IMG/VR virus record: IMGVR_UViG_3300045988_126262
DNA length: 64,000 nt
Strand: one strand, 5' to 3'
Source: a virus
The notes beneath the pieces are model-generated. The model saw only the letters and a list, made by a program, of their open reading frames with translations, was not told the origin of the DNA and did not search any database. The first letter of the stretch is position 1; each line of letters begins with the position of its first letter. Of this stretch, positions 32,844-41,416 are shown piece by piece. Made by a program: the position numbers and the translations under genes.

Positions 32844-34347
32844 AGCAATACATTATTGGTCTAAAGATTGGAACAGGTTTATACGTGATGCGCTTTGTGC
32901 AAATCTTGACAGAGAGCAACAAGCTATCATTGAGTCCGTACAGCACAATCCTATGACCGCTGTGGCATCAGGTACGGCAAGAGGGAAAGATTTTGTCGCT
33001 GCTTGTGCTGCATTATGCTTTATGTATCTTACCCCTCGTTTTGACATGAATGGCGTTTTGTCTGAGAATACAAAGGTCGCATTAACCGCCCCATCTGGAA
33101 GGCAAGTAAAAAACATCATGACACCAGAAGTTAGGAGGCTTGTACGTTCAGCAAGGGCAAAGTTCCCATTTTGTTGCCCGGGAAGATTAGTATCAGACGA
33201 TATAAGGACAAATTATGAAGAATGGTTTTTAACGGGGTTCAAAGCAGATGATAATGCTACTGAAGTTTGGTCTGGTTTTCATGCGGCAAATGTTATGTTT
33301 GTTGTTACAGAAGCCTCTGGTATATCAGAAACCATATACAATGCTATTGAAGGTAACTTACAGGGAAATTCCCGTTTACTCATCGTATTTAATCCTAACA
33401 TAACTACGGGTTATGCCGCACGAGCCATGAAATCCAATCGATTTGCGAAATTCCGGTTAAACTCACTCAATGCAGAGAATGTAGTCAAAAGGAAATTAGT
33501 CATTCCCGGTCAAGTAGATTATGAATGGGTAAAAGATAAAGTGACAAATTGGTGTTCTCCCATTCAGAAGGCAGATTTTAATGAAGGAGAAGGTGATTTT
33601 AAGTGGGAAGGTGGTCTATACCGACCTAATGACCTTTTTCGTGTCAAGGTACTTGGTATGTTTCCAAAAGTCTCCGAAGATGTACTTATTCCGTATGAAT
33701 GGATAGAGATTGCAAATGATAATTGGAATCGTTTACAAGAAGAAGGTTTTACACCGTCTAAATCATGTAAGATTGGTTCTGATGTTGCTGGTATGGGTCG
33801 AGATGAAAGTGTACTTTGCCCTCGATACGGAAACTATGTCCCTAAATTTGAAGTTCACCAATCTGCTGGAAAAGCGGACCACATGCATGTCGCAGGAATG
33901 CACATCATATATCTTTCTGACAAAAAATCCAAAGCGTACATCGATACAATAGGTGAAGGAGCTGGAGTATATTCCCGATTGGAAGAACTCGGATATAGAA
34001 ATGTTTATTCTTGTAAGTATTCCGAGAGTGCAAAAGGCTTGCATGACCTTACCGGACAATATGAATTTGCCAATATGCGAGCTTACTGCTATTGGTCTTT
34101 ACGTGATTGGCTTAATCCTAAGAACGGTTTTGGGGCGGCTATTCCCCCTTGTGACAAACTCATGGAGGAAGCAACCGAAACACACTGGAAGTTCCAAAGC
34201 GATGGACGGATTATAATTGAACCGAAAGAAGAAATCAAGAAACGTATCAAACGTTCGCCAGACTATATGGATGCACTTGCTAATACATTTTATCCATTTG
34301 ACTATGATTTTATTAGTGACGAAGAATTACTAAAAGACTTTTTATGA
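32806..34347 (+). CDS. terL: terminase large subunit
   Basis: 513 aa. N-terminal ATPase region (AVASGTARGKDF as Walker A-like, LLIVFNPN) and a C-terminal nuclease-sized domain. Follows TerS. Confidence 0.8.
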   Translation: MTTSEEKKKIINEAIHYWSKDWNRFIRDALCANLDREQQAIIESVQHNPMTAVASGTARGKDFVAACAALCFMYLTPRFDMNGVLSENTKVALTAPSGRQVKNIMTPEVRRLVRSARAKFPFCCPGRLVSDDIRTNYEEWFLTGFKADDNATEVWSGFHAANVMFVVTEASGISETIYNAIEGNLQGNSRLLIVFNPNITTGYAARAMKSNRFAKFRLNSLNAENVVKRKLVIPGQVDYEWVKDKVTNWCSPIQKADFNEGEGDFKWEGGLYRPNDLFRVKVLGMFPKVSEDVLIPYEWIEIANDNWNRLQEEGFTPSKSCKIGSDVAGMGRDESVLCPRYGNYVPKFEVHQSAGKADHMHVAGMHIIYLSDKKSKAYIDTIGEGAGVYSRLEELGYRNVYSCKYSESAKGLHDLTGQYEFANMRAYCYWSLRDWLNPKNGFGAAIPPCDKLMEEATETHWKFQSDGRIIIEPKEEIKKRIKRSPDYMDALANTFYPFDYDFISDEELLKDFL

Positions 34348-34425
34348 TCGCTATAAACCTCTATCTTTGCATCGAAGACTGTCTTATTATTTATTAATAA
34401 TTGCAGTTTTCATTGCTCTTATGTA

Positions 34426-34452
34426 CGCCGGCTTGTGAAAGTCGGCGTTTTT
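34426..34452 (+). terminator. intrinsic terminator after terL
   Basis: CGCCGGC/GTCGGCG stem followed by TTTTT. Confidence 0.65.
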
Positions 34453-34467
34453 GATATTACAATATCC

Positions 34468-34597
34468 AAGTTACCAAAAGTTAAACTCCTGATTATGAGT
34501 AAAATAAGGTTGTAAATATTTGGTTAACTTACTGATAATGAGTATCTTTACAATACTAAAACAAACAACATTACTAACAATTAAAAGACAAAGAGCA
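34468..34597 (+). promoter_or_regulatory. family-A promoter plus leader cassette, copy 3
   Basis: TTTG at 34519-34522, a 20-nt spacer, TATCTTTA at 34543-34550. Confidence 0.7.
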
Positions 34598-34954
34598 ATG
34601 AAACATTCAGAAGAACAAATAAAAGAAATAATGTTAGCCTTATACGAACAACTTGGCAGACATAGATTTGTAGTTATGACAGGATCAAAATTTACTGGTT
34701 ACATGGAGAATGAATCTGGTGACCTAGAGCAGGTTATTAAATTGAGCAAAAATAAATCTGGCGCAGATAAATTAATTATTACTTATGAAGAAGGTAAGGA
34801 TACTTATTCTATGAGATTCATCAAATCCCCGAAATTAAACAAAAAGACTTTTTCTTTTTCCGAGGCCAAAGAGGTCTTCTTTTCGAGTGATATTTATGCT
34901 GAACAGTTGCAAGAAGTGTTCACACAAGTGACAGGCTTATATACTCATCTTTAA
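34598..34954 (+). CDS. hypothetical protein (118 aa)
   Basis: ATG in the AAGAGCAATG context. The track start at 34520 is a TTG inside the repeat. Confidence 0.6.
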   Translation: MKHSEEQIKEIMLALYEQLGRHRFVVMTGSKFTGYMENESGDLEQVIKLSKNKSGADKLIITYEEGKDTYSMRFIKSPKLNKKTFSFSEAKEVFFSSDIYAEQLQEVFTQVTGLYTHL

Positions 34955-35024
34955 ACATAAAATCGATGAAAGCAAACAATCCTAACTACAAATTCGAAAT
35001 AGCATAACTAAATACATAAGAGCA

Positions 35025-35462
35025 ATGAAAAAGAAAGCAGTAGAATACAGCATAACAGCAAAAAAACAAGATTTTGAAGTTGTCAAAGTTTATTCTTCTA
35101 TAGACTCTGCTAATTTCGCAAGAAAGTTCTATCATGAAGATATTCTTATTTACGAAAGTGCATTCATTATATTGATGAACAAAGCCTGCAATATAACCGG
35201 GTATGCTAAAATCTCTCAAGGAGGAATATGCGGAACACCAGTTGACAAAAGATTGATTGCCAAATATGCTATTGAGACTCTCTCTGCTGGTGTCATATTC
35301 GTTCATAATCACCCAAGCGGTAACAAAAACCCTAGTAATGAGGATATAAAAATGACTAACTCCCTTAAAAATATATTGAAATTGTTCGATATAAAATTAT
35401 TAGACAGTATTATTCTAACTGAAAATGATTATCTTTCAATGAGTGATGAATGCCTTATATAG
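35025..35462 (+). CDS. RadC-like JAB/MPN-domain protein
   Basis: 145 aa. VIFVHNHPSGNKNPSNEDIKMT is the RadC JAMM-type motif. Confidence 0.8.
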   Translation: MKKKAVEYSITAKKQDFEVVKVYSSIDSANFARKFYHEDILIYESAFIILMNKACNITGYAKISQGGICGTPVDKRLIAKYAIETLSAGVIFVHNHPSGNKNPSNEDIKMTNSLKNILKLFDIKLLDSIILTENDYLSMSDECLI

Positions 35463-35687
35463 TATCTAATCTGCAACCTCACACGCAATTTTCAGATTCA
35501 CTGATGAAACAATCTTTGCCATTCTCAATAGAATAACTGGATAATAACGCAAATTCACTTCCACTTGCCGTTGGTTACTTGATGATAAATCTCTCATTCC
35601 CAGCCATCTTGTTTTTGTCTTGCTTTGTCTTATTCTTTATTAACCTCTTTTCTTAAAAAAAAATAAAACTCGATCAATATTTTATTG

Positions 35688-35725
35688 AAAAGTGTATGAA
35701 ATTCATATACTTTACTGTATATTTG
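35688..35725 (+). promoter_or_regulatory. family-B promoter, copy 4
   Basis: Palindrome aaaagtgtatgaaattcatatacttt at 35688-35713, and TATATTTG at 35718-35725. Confidence 0.65.
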
Positions 35726-35813
35726 CAAAAAGCGTATGAAGATGTACGCCACCCGACTTGTCGTAAACACCTGTTTGTCCGTTTAGGCGGAGGCACATCT
35801 GAAAGAAGATGCG

Positions 35814-35853
35814 AATAGTCTGCTGGCTACATTGCTACGCAGACTATTTTTTT
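35814..35853 (+). terminator. strong intrinsic terminator inside the leader of the head operon
   Basis: 10-bp stem AATAGTCTGC/GCAGACTATT plus a T7 tract. It lies between promoter B4 and the scaffold gene ATG at 35871. Confidence 0.7.
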
Positions 35854-35870
35854 GTTTAAACCTAAATGAA

Positions 35871-36581
35871 ATGAACAGACAACAGCAAGTTTTCGTAAGG
35901 TTGAAACTTAAAGCGAAGGCGTTAGGGTTCAACGCAAAGGAATTGAAGGGTATCGCCGCCAAGATTGCCGATAACCTGAAATCCGCAGAAGATGCCTCAG
36001 AAGAGGATGTAAACGCAGAAATCGACGAGCAGATAGAAGCGGTTCTCCCTTACCTCACTTTCGGCCAGTCGCAAGCCAACCGTTTGCTTGACGAATGGAA
36101 GAAAAAACACCCCGAATCAGAAGAAGATGATGATGACGACGTTGACGATGACACGTCAAAAGGCGGCTCTCGTCCAGCTGGTTCAAACAAGAAAAATCCC
36201 AACAACAAAGGAAATGAACAAGACGAAGAACCCGCATGGTTTAAGTCTTTCAGAGAGCAACAGGAAGCCCGTTTTGCCGCATTGGAAGGTGAAAAAGTTT
36301 CTAACTTGCGTAAGGCCAAACTTGAAGCCCTGCTGAAAGACACTGGAACATTCGGTTCACGTACCTTGAAAAGCTTCTCTAAGATGAGCTTTGAAAGTGA
36401 CGACGATTTCGAGGAGTTCTATTCAGATGTTGAGGAAGACCTGAAGAATTATAATCAAGAGCGTGCAGATGCAGGTTTGGCAACATTGGCAACCCCTCCT
36501 GCTGCCGGAAGTAAAGGTTCGGGTAAACAAGACGAAGTATTAACCGACAAAGAAGTTGAAGATTTAGTCAACACTTTCTAA
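35871..36581 (+). CDS. putative scaffolding protein
   Basis: 236 aa. Helical with a highly acidic tract EEDDDDDVDDD. Its position before the capsid gene supports the call. The track start at 35832 is a TTG in the terminator loop. Confidence 0.55.
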   Translation: MNRQQQVFVRLKLKAKALGFNAKELKGIAAKIADNLKSAEDASEEDVNAEIDEQIEAVLPYLTFGQSQANRLLDEWKKKHPESEEDDDDDVDDDTSKGGSRPAGSNKKNPNNKGNEQDEEPAWFKSFREQQEARFAALEGEKVSNLRKAKLEALLKDTGTFGSRTLKSFSKMSFESDDDFEEFYSDVEEDLKNYNQERADAGLATLATPPAAGSKGSGKQDEVLTDKEVEDLVNTF

Positions 36582-36602
36582 GTCAAAAAAGAAATTGTAA
36601 CA

Positions 36603-37004
36603 ATGGGTGCAACAGCAAATTTATCAAGCGAAATGGAAGTTCTCAATGCCGGAATGGATTCTGTCGTAATCCGGCATTATGTAGCTGGCATTATCGGAGG
36701 TCGTACTCTTGACGTATCAAATTATAACCTTCCGGTTATTAAAGCCGGACACGTTGTTATTCGTGATCCGTCAACAGACACGTACAAACCTATGCCCGTA
36801 AAATCATCTGGCGATGGATACGACTCACTTCCCGGTTCTCATGAATATGTAGGAGTAGTTGTATGTACAAAACCAACTAGTGAACCATTGGTTGGTATTA
36901 TGTATAGTGGCGAAGTCAATGATTTGGCGAGTCCATACCCCATAGACGACATAAAAGCGGCTATGAAAACGGCATTGCCAACTCTTGTATTCTTACACGA
37001 TTAA
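36603..37004 (+). CDS. head-associated protein (decoration-like), function uncertain
   Basis: 133 aa. Lies between the scaffold and major capsid genes. Confidence 0.4.
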   Translation: MGATANLSSEMEVLNAGMDSVVIRHYVAGIIGGRTLDVSNYNLPVIKAGHVVIRDPSTDTYKPMPVKSSGDGYDSLPGSHEYVGVVVCTKPTSEPLVGIMYSGEVNDLASPYPIDDIKAAMKTALPTLVFLHD

Positions 37005-37023
37005 TGTAGAAAGGAGGTAAAAA

Positions 37024-38334
37024 ATGAAAGAATCACTATTTATTGAATACATCAGAAAGATTTTCCCGAAACTTCAAACCATCATCGAGAGAATCAATGG
37101 TAAGCGAGGCAATCAGCTTACATATCTTCACAAGACAATGCTTCGCAAAGAATATTCCGCAGACCAAAAGTGGGAAAGTGCATCAGTTAACACAACTTAT
37201 GTTGCGGCCGACATGGTAGCAATGGACTCACCTCTCCCTCCCAAGATGAGAGACTCCATTGCTCACGCAAATGGTACATTGCCAAAGGTCGGAATGAAAA
37301 AAATTCTTCGTGAGACTCAGATCAACACAATCAACATCATGAAAGCTCAAGGAGCTGCGTTCACTAATATAGCTAACAAGCTAACCAACGATGCGGTAGC
37401 TTGCTCTGTTGGTATCGATGAAAAGAACGAAGCAAACTTTTTAACTGCTTTATCTGATGGAGTTGTAATCGTTGAAGATGAAAACAATACAGGAACTGGA
37501 TTGCGCATAAATTTCAACTATTTACCGCAAAATAGCTTTGGTGTAGAAACAGCTGGAACTATTTCCTCTGATGACATAAAGCGTGTTATTGCAAAAGCTG
37601 ACGCAGATGGAAACTCAATTACAACGATAGCAATCTCGTTATCGACTTACAATAAAATGAGACAAGAACAATGGGCAAAAGAATTGGTTGCCAACTATCG
37701 AGGTCAGACATTCGACAGCAACACTAAGTTACCTGTTCCTACTGCTACATTGTTTGACGAAGCATTTGCCGATGACAACAACGGAATTACATTCTTAAAG
37801 ATTGACCGTACAGTCATTTCTGAGAAAAATGGTAAACGCATTCCGTACAAACCGTGGAATGCGAACAAACTAATATTCCTTACTACACAAGAAGTTGGCG
37901 CATTGGTTTGGGGCACACTTGCAGAAGTTACTAATCCCGTAGCAGGAGTAATTTATTCCACGGTAGATGAATACAAACTTATCAGCAAGTATTCTAAAAA
38001 TGATCCTTTGCAGGAATTTACAAGTGGTCAAGCATTAGTTCTCCCTGTTATTGAAAACGTAGACCAAATCTACTCTCTTGACATCTCAGAGGCTCAAACG
38101 ATTGACACTACCGAAGAGGGAAAAGATTCTACCGATAAGAACATCACCATTTGGGGACAAGCTTACATAAAAGCAAACTTCGTCGCAGAGTTCAATAAAA
38201 TAACCGGTAAAAACTTATCGACGACTATTTCAGACGATAAGTTAATTGCTGCTGTGAACAAATTGAATGATGCCGATGAAGCTAAGCTCAAAAAAGCTGT
38301 TGAATCATATAAAACAACAAATGGAGATAGTTAA
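37024..38334 (+). CDS. major capsid protein (by position and size)
   Basis: 436 aa. A strong AAGGAGG lies upstream. Sits between the scaffold and connector genes. Confidence 0.6.
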   Translation: MKESLFIEYIRKIFPKLQTIIERINGKRGNQLTYLHKTMLRKEYSADQKWESASVNTTYVAADMVAMDSPLPPKMRDSIAHANGTLPKVGMKKILRETQINTINIMKAQGAAFTNIANKLTNDAVACSVGIDEKNEANFLTALSDGVVIVEDENNTGTGLRINFNYLPQNSFGVETAGTISSDDIKRVIAKADADGNSITTIAISLSTYNKMRQEQWAKELVANYRGQTFDSNTKLPVPTATLFDEAFADDNNGITFLKIDRTVISEKNGKRIPYKPWNANKLIFLTTQEVGALVWGTLAEVTNPVAGVIYSTVDEYKLISKYSKNDPLQEFTSGQALVLPVIENVDQIYSLDISEAQTIDTTEEGKDSTDKNITIWGQAYIKANFVAEFNKITGKNLSTTISDDKLIAAVNKLNDADEAKLKKAVESYKTTNGDS

Positions 38335-38337
38335 GCC

Positions 38338-38676
38338 ATGAAGACAATTCAGCAAGCTCTTATAGACGAAATACATTACCCTATTTCAGAAGGTTTTGTA
38401 GAGAATGTGATGATAAAACGCAAACTCAATCCATTTGGTTATTGCGATTCAGATACAATGGACTCAAAGGAGTATATGGGAGCTTTGGCTGACTGTCTTT
38501 GGTCTTTAGTTCAGTCTATCAATTTTTCTGAAGCAGACAAGTCTTTCGGTTCTTTATCAGATAAAGACAAAGAACGTATTCTGTTACGTGTTAACTCAAT
38601 CTATAATGCCATTGGTGAACCTTCGGTAGAGTTGGAGGCAAAGCCAATGGTATATATAGGTGACTGCCTTTTGTAA
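38338..38676 (+). CDS. head-tail connector (gp6-like) protein
   Basis: 112 aa. Called from position in the connector block. Confidence 0.45.
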   Translation: MKTIQQALIDEIHYPISEGFVENVMIKRKLNPFGYCDSDTMDSKEYMGALADCLWSLVQSINFSEADKSFGSLSDKDKERILLRVNSIYNAIGEPSVELEAKPMVYIGDCLL

Positions 38677-38677
38677 T

Positions 38678-39004
38678 ATGTCAGTAATAATACTATATCC
38701 ACACAGATTGCAGTACCTCGTATCAAAAGATGGTTACGAGGATAGCAATGGTGATTATCATGAAGGAGAAACTAACTGGGAAGGCTGTATTGAATGCGAC
38801 GCAGTTCCTGCTGGTAAAGCCTCTGAAAAAGAGTTTGACGATGGTATTGTAAGAAGCTATTCATATACAGTTTATCTACGTGCAAATTGTCGAACATTCA
38901 TGATCGGTGACAGGATTAAGATACATCTGCTTGAAGGAATTGAAAGGGAGTTTAGTGTGAAAGGTTTCCATCGCTACCAGAAACAATGTAAACTATGGGT
39001 ATAA
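38678..39004 (+). CDS. head closure / head-tail adaptor protein
   Basis: 108 aa counted from the ATG right after the preceding stop codon. Confidence 0.45.
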   Translation: MSVIILYPHRLQYLVSKDGYEDSNGDYHEGETNWEGCIECDAVPAGKASEKEFDDGIVRSYSYTVYLRANCRTFMIGDRIKIHLLEGIEREFSVKGFHRYQKQCKLWV

Positions 39005-39456
39005 GAATGACCACCAAGCTAAGCGAAGTGCATGACATGCTCATGAGAGAAACAGAGCGTGTCGAGCGTCTTACTATTCGTGCTTTATCCAAACTTGGCG
39101 AACAATGCGTTACAAAAATTCGTGATAGAGCAGGTGATAAAAGTTGGTACGACCAAACAGGCAACTTGCGTAGTTCGGTTGGATATGTGATTGCTCATAA
39201 TAAGAACATTATTCAATACTCAACTTTCAACCAAGTGAAGCAAGGTTCAGAAGGTGTAAAAACAGGTAAAGACTTAGCGGAAGAACTTGCTAAAAGATAT
39301 TCCAACAACTATGTACTTATCGTAGTCGCCGGAATGAACTATGCTGAGTTTGTAGAAGCGATGGATAATAAAGACGTACTTGCATCAACCGAACTTTGGG
39401 CAAAAGAACAAGTTCTATTGATGCTTGAAAAACTTAAAAGACAGATTGCGAAATAA
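38995..39456 (+). CDS. HK97 gp10-like tail-completion protein
   Basis: 153 aa. QTGNLRSSVGY is the gp10-family motif. The start could instead be the ATG at 39007. Confidence 0.55.
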   Translation: MGIRMTTKLSEVHDMLMRETERVERLTIRALSKLGEQCVTKIRDRAGDKSWYDQTGNLRSSVGYVIAHNKNIIQYSTFNQVKQGSEGVKTGKDLAEELAKRYSNNYVLIVVAGMNYAEFVEAMDNKDVLASTELWAKEQVLLMLEKLKRQIAK

Positions 39457-39878
39457 TGAAATCCGATATTGAAATAGCTAAGTTCGTTTATCACAAAATT
39501 AAAGGTACAGAACTCGAACGTAATGTCTCCGGTAAATTGAGTGACAGAGGAAGGCCCAACAAATCTGATAAAGAAGATATAGTCATATCTGTTCTTGCAA
39601 ATGAAGGTTGCGGGCAAATACAACGAGCCTATGTGAATGTCAATATATATGTCAAAGACTTATGGGACTCTGAAATCAAAACATGGGAAAAAGATTCAAT
39701 CCGAATTTGTGAATTATGCGAACTATCGAAGTTTTTATTCGCTATACGAAAAGACGAATATCATACGGTTCCATCACAATGCAGTCAAAAAACTGATTCA
39801 ACAGGAGTTTCATTTGAAGACGGACATACAGAGCATTTCATTAATAACAAACTGTACATAGAGATAAATAACGAATAA
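39456..39878 (+). CDS. tail terminator-like protein
   Basis: 140 aa. TAATG overlap with the previous gene. Called from position. Confidence 0.4.
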   Translation: MKSDIEIAKFVYHKIKGTELERNVSGKLSDRGRPNKSDKEDIVISVLANEGCGQIQRAYVNVNIYVKDLWDSEIKTWEKDSIRICELCELSKFLFAIRKDEYHTVPSQCSQKTDSTGVSFEDGHTEHFINNKLYIEINNE

Positions 39879-39903
39879 ATTTTTAATATAAATTAGGTAT
39901 ATC

Positions 39904-40452
39904 ATGGCAGTAATAGGATGGGGTAAGCCCCGTGTATTTATAAAAGATTTGGATGCTTCTGCTCCTAAATGGGAGGAATTACCTACCCCTGTGGAAGATT
40001 CTACACAGTTGACAACAACAAAAGGAGATAAACAAGAAGCAAAAATCGAAGGAGGCGAAAATGAAGATGTAAAGTATGGAAAGAATACCTATGCTTTGGC
40101 ATTGAACATTCGTGCCGCAAAAGGACGTAAGCGTCCTGTAAGTGATAGCGATGGTGTTGTTGCACACAATTATGCCGTTGTTGTTCAACCGGAAGACCCA
40201 GAAGTTCAAGGCTTCTGTATGGAGAAAACGACAGTTTCCGTCGAAGACACCTTTACTTCTGCTGACGGTGGTGTTTGGGCATACACTTTTGATGCTTTGA
40301 AAGCAGCCGCCGATAAAAAACAAATTCAGTGGGGTAAAATCATCGTGACGGAATCCGGTGGAAACATCAGTAAAATTGAATGCGATCCTGAAGATGAGTC
40401 TGGAGACGGTGATAAATTCGAAGTAGCTCCTAATCCAAGTGTTGGTGTATAA
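39904..40452 (+). CDS. major tail protein
   Basis: 182 aa. Called from its position after the connector genes and before the chaperone and tape measure. A hairpin ACGTGGG...CCCACGT follows it. Confidence 0.55.
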   Translation: MAVIGWGKPRVFIKDLDASAPKWEELPTPVEDSTQLTTTKGDKQEAKIEGGENEDVKYGKNTYALALNIRAAKGRKRPVSDSDGVVAHNYAVVVQPEDPEVQGFCMEKTTVSVEDTFTSADGGVWAYTFDALKAAADKKQIQWGKIIVTESGGNISKIECDPEDESGDGDKFEVAPNPSVGV

Positions 40453-40505
40453 TTCAATAGGTTGTAGATAGAGCCAAACGTGGGGGCTTCGTACCCACGT
40501 GTTCT

Positions 40506-40576
40506 GCGTATCTGGTGTAACGGTAGCACATATACACTCCATGTATAAAGTTGTGGTTCGACCCCACAGTTACGCT
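40506..40576 (+). tRNA. tRNA-Gly (UCC) with C at position 33
   Basis: Acceptor GCGTATC/GTTACGC (one U-U mismatch) with G1-C72, C2-G71, G3-C70 and U73. D arm GTGT-AACGGTA-GCAC. Anticodon arm TATAC-ACTCCAT-GTATA. T arm TGTGG-TTCGACC-CCACA. Confidence 0.7.
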
Positions 40577-40594
40577 CAGTATAATTTATTTTGC

Positions 40595-41311
40595 ATGGAC
40601 AAAGAAGGGAAAATAATAGAAATGGATATTACAGATACTATCATGGAAAGACCTTATGAGTTCCATATAGGAGAAATGCAATTCTACTTATACCCTGCCA
40701 CATTGGGTAAAATATACCTTTTATCACGTCTTACCGAAAATTTAGAAATAAATAAAGACTTCCTTTCTCTAAATCCATATATGGAAGCATTACGATTATG
40801 CAATTCCAAAAGAGATATTATATGCAAAATATTGTCTTACCATACATTCGATAAAAAGGAAGAATTATTCAATAGCCACCTAATAAATGAAAGACGAAAG
40901 CTATTTGAAGACAACCTCTCGAATGAAGAACTTGCTCAACTATTCATAATAGTGTTATCAAAGGATAACATTGAGCAGTTTATTAAACACTTCAAGATTG
41001 ATATTGAGAAAAAAGAACAAGAAAAAATATCAAGAATCAAGAAAAAGAAGTGTAACACTATAACCTTTGGAGGTAAAAGTATTTATGGTACTTTGATAGA
41101 TATAGCCTGCGAACGCTATGGCTGGACTATGGACTATGTTGTATGGGGTATTAGTTATGCCAACCTGCATATGTTACTTAATGATTACATAACATCTATA
41201 TACCTTACTGACGACGAGATAAAAAAATATCATATATCTACGGACCGAACATTTATAAACGGGGACGATCCTAAAAATATGGATAAAATAAAAGGCATGA
41301 AGTGGGACTAA
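40595..41311 (+). CDS. tail assembly chaperone candidate (by position)
   Basis: 238 aa counted from the ATG downstream of the tRNA. The track start at 40499 overlaps the tRNA. Confidence 0.4.
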   Translation: MDKEGKIIEMDITDTIMERPYEFHIGEMQFYLYPATLGKIYLLSRLTENLEINKDFLSLNPYMEALRLCNSKRDIICKILSYHTFDKKEELFNSHLINERRKLFEDNLSNEELAQLFIIVLSKDNIEQFIKHFKIDIEKKEQEKISRIKKKKCNTITFGGKSIYGTLIDIACERYGWTMDYVVWGISYANLHMLLNDYITSIYLTDDEIKKYHISTDRTFINGDDPKNMDKIKGMKWD

Positions 41312-41416
41312 AAATAATATTAATCCCCTTATCCATATCCAACGTTATTAAGCATTCTGCTATAAATTTATTTTAATGCATCCTATTAATAATGTTCCAC
41401 AATGTACACTGTTTTC

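Noticed and set aside
13045-34597. The three ~130-bp near-identical repeats were considered as a CRISPR-like or transposon-end array.
   Set aside because: The copies are 9-12 kb apart, all in the same orientation. Each contains a promoter and runs into a start codon. There are no short regular spacers and no transposase.
35832-35870. The track start (TTG at 35832) of the scaffold ORF.
   Set aside because: This codon lies in the loop of the intrinsic terminator at 35814-35853. The ATG at 35871 follows the terminator and gives a sensible N-terminus, MNRQQQ.
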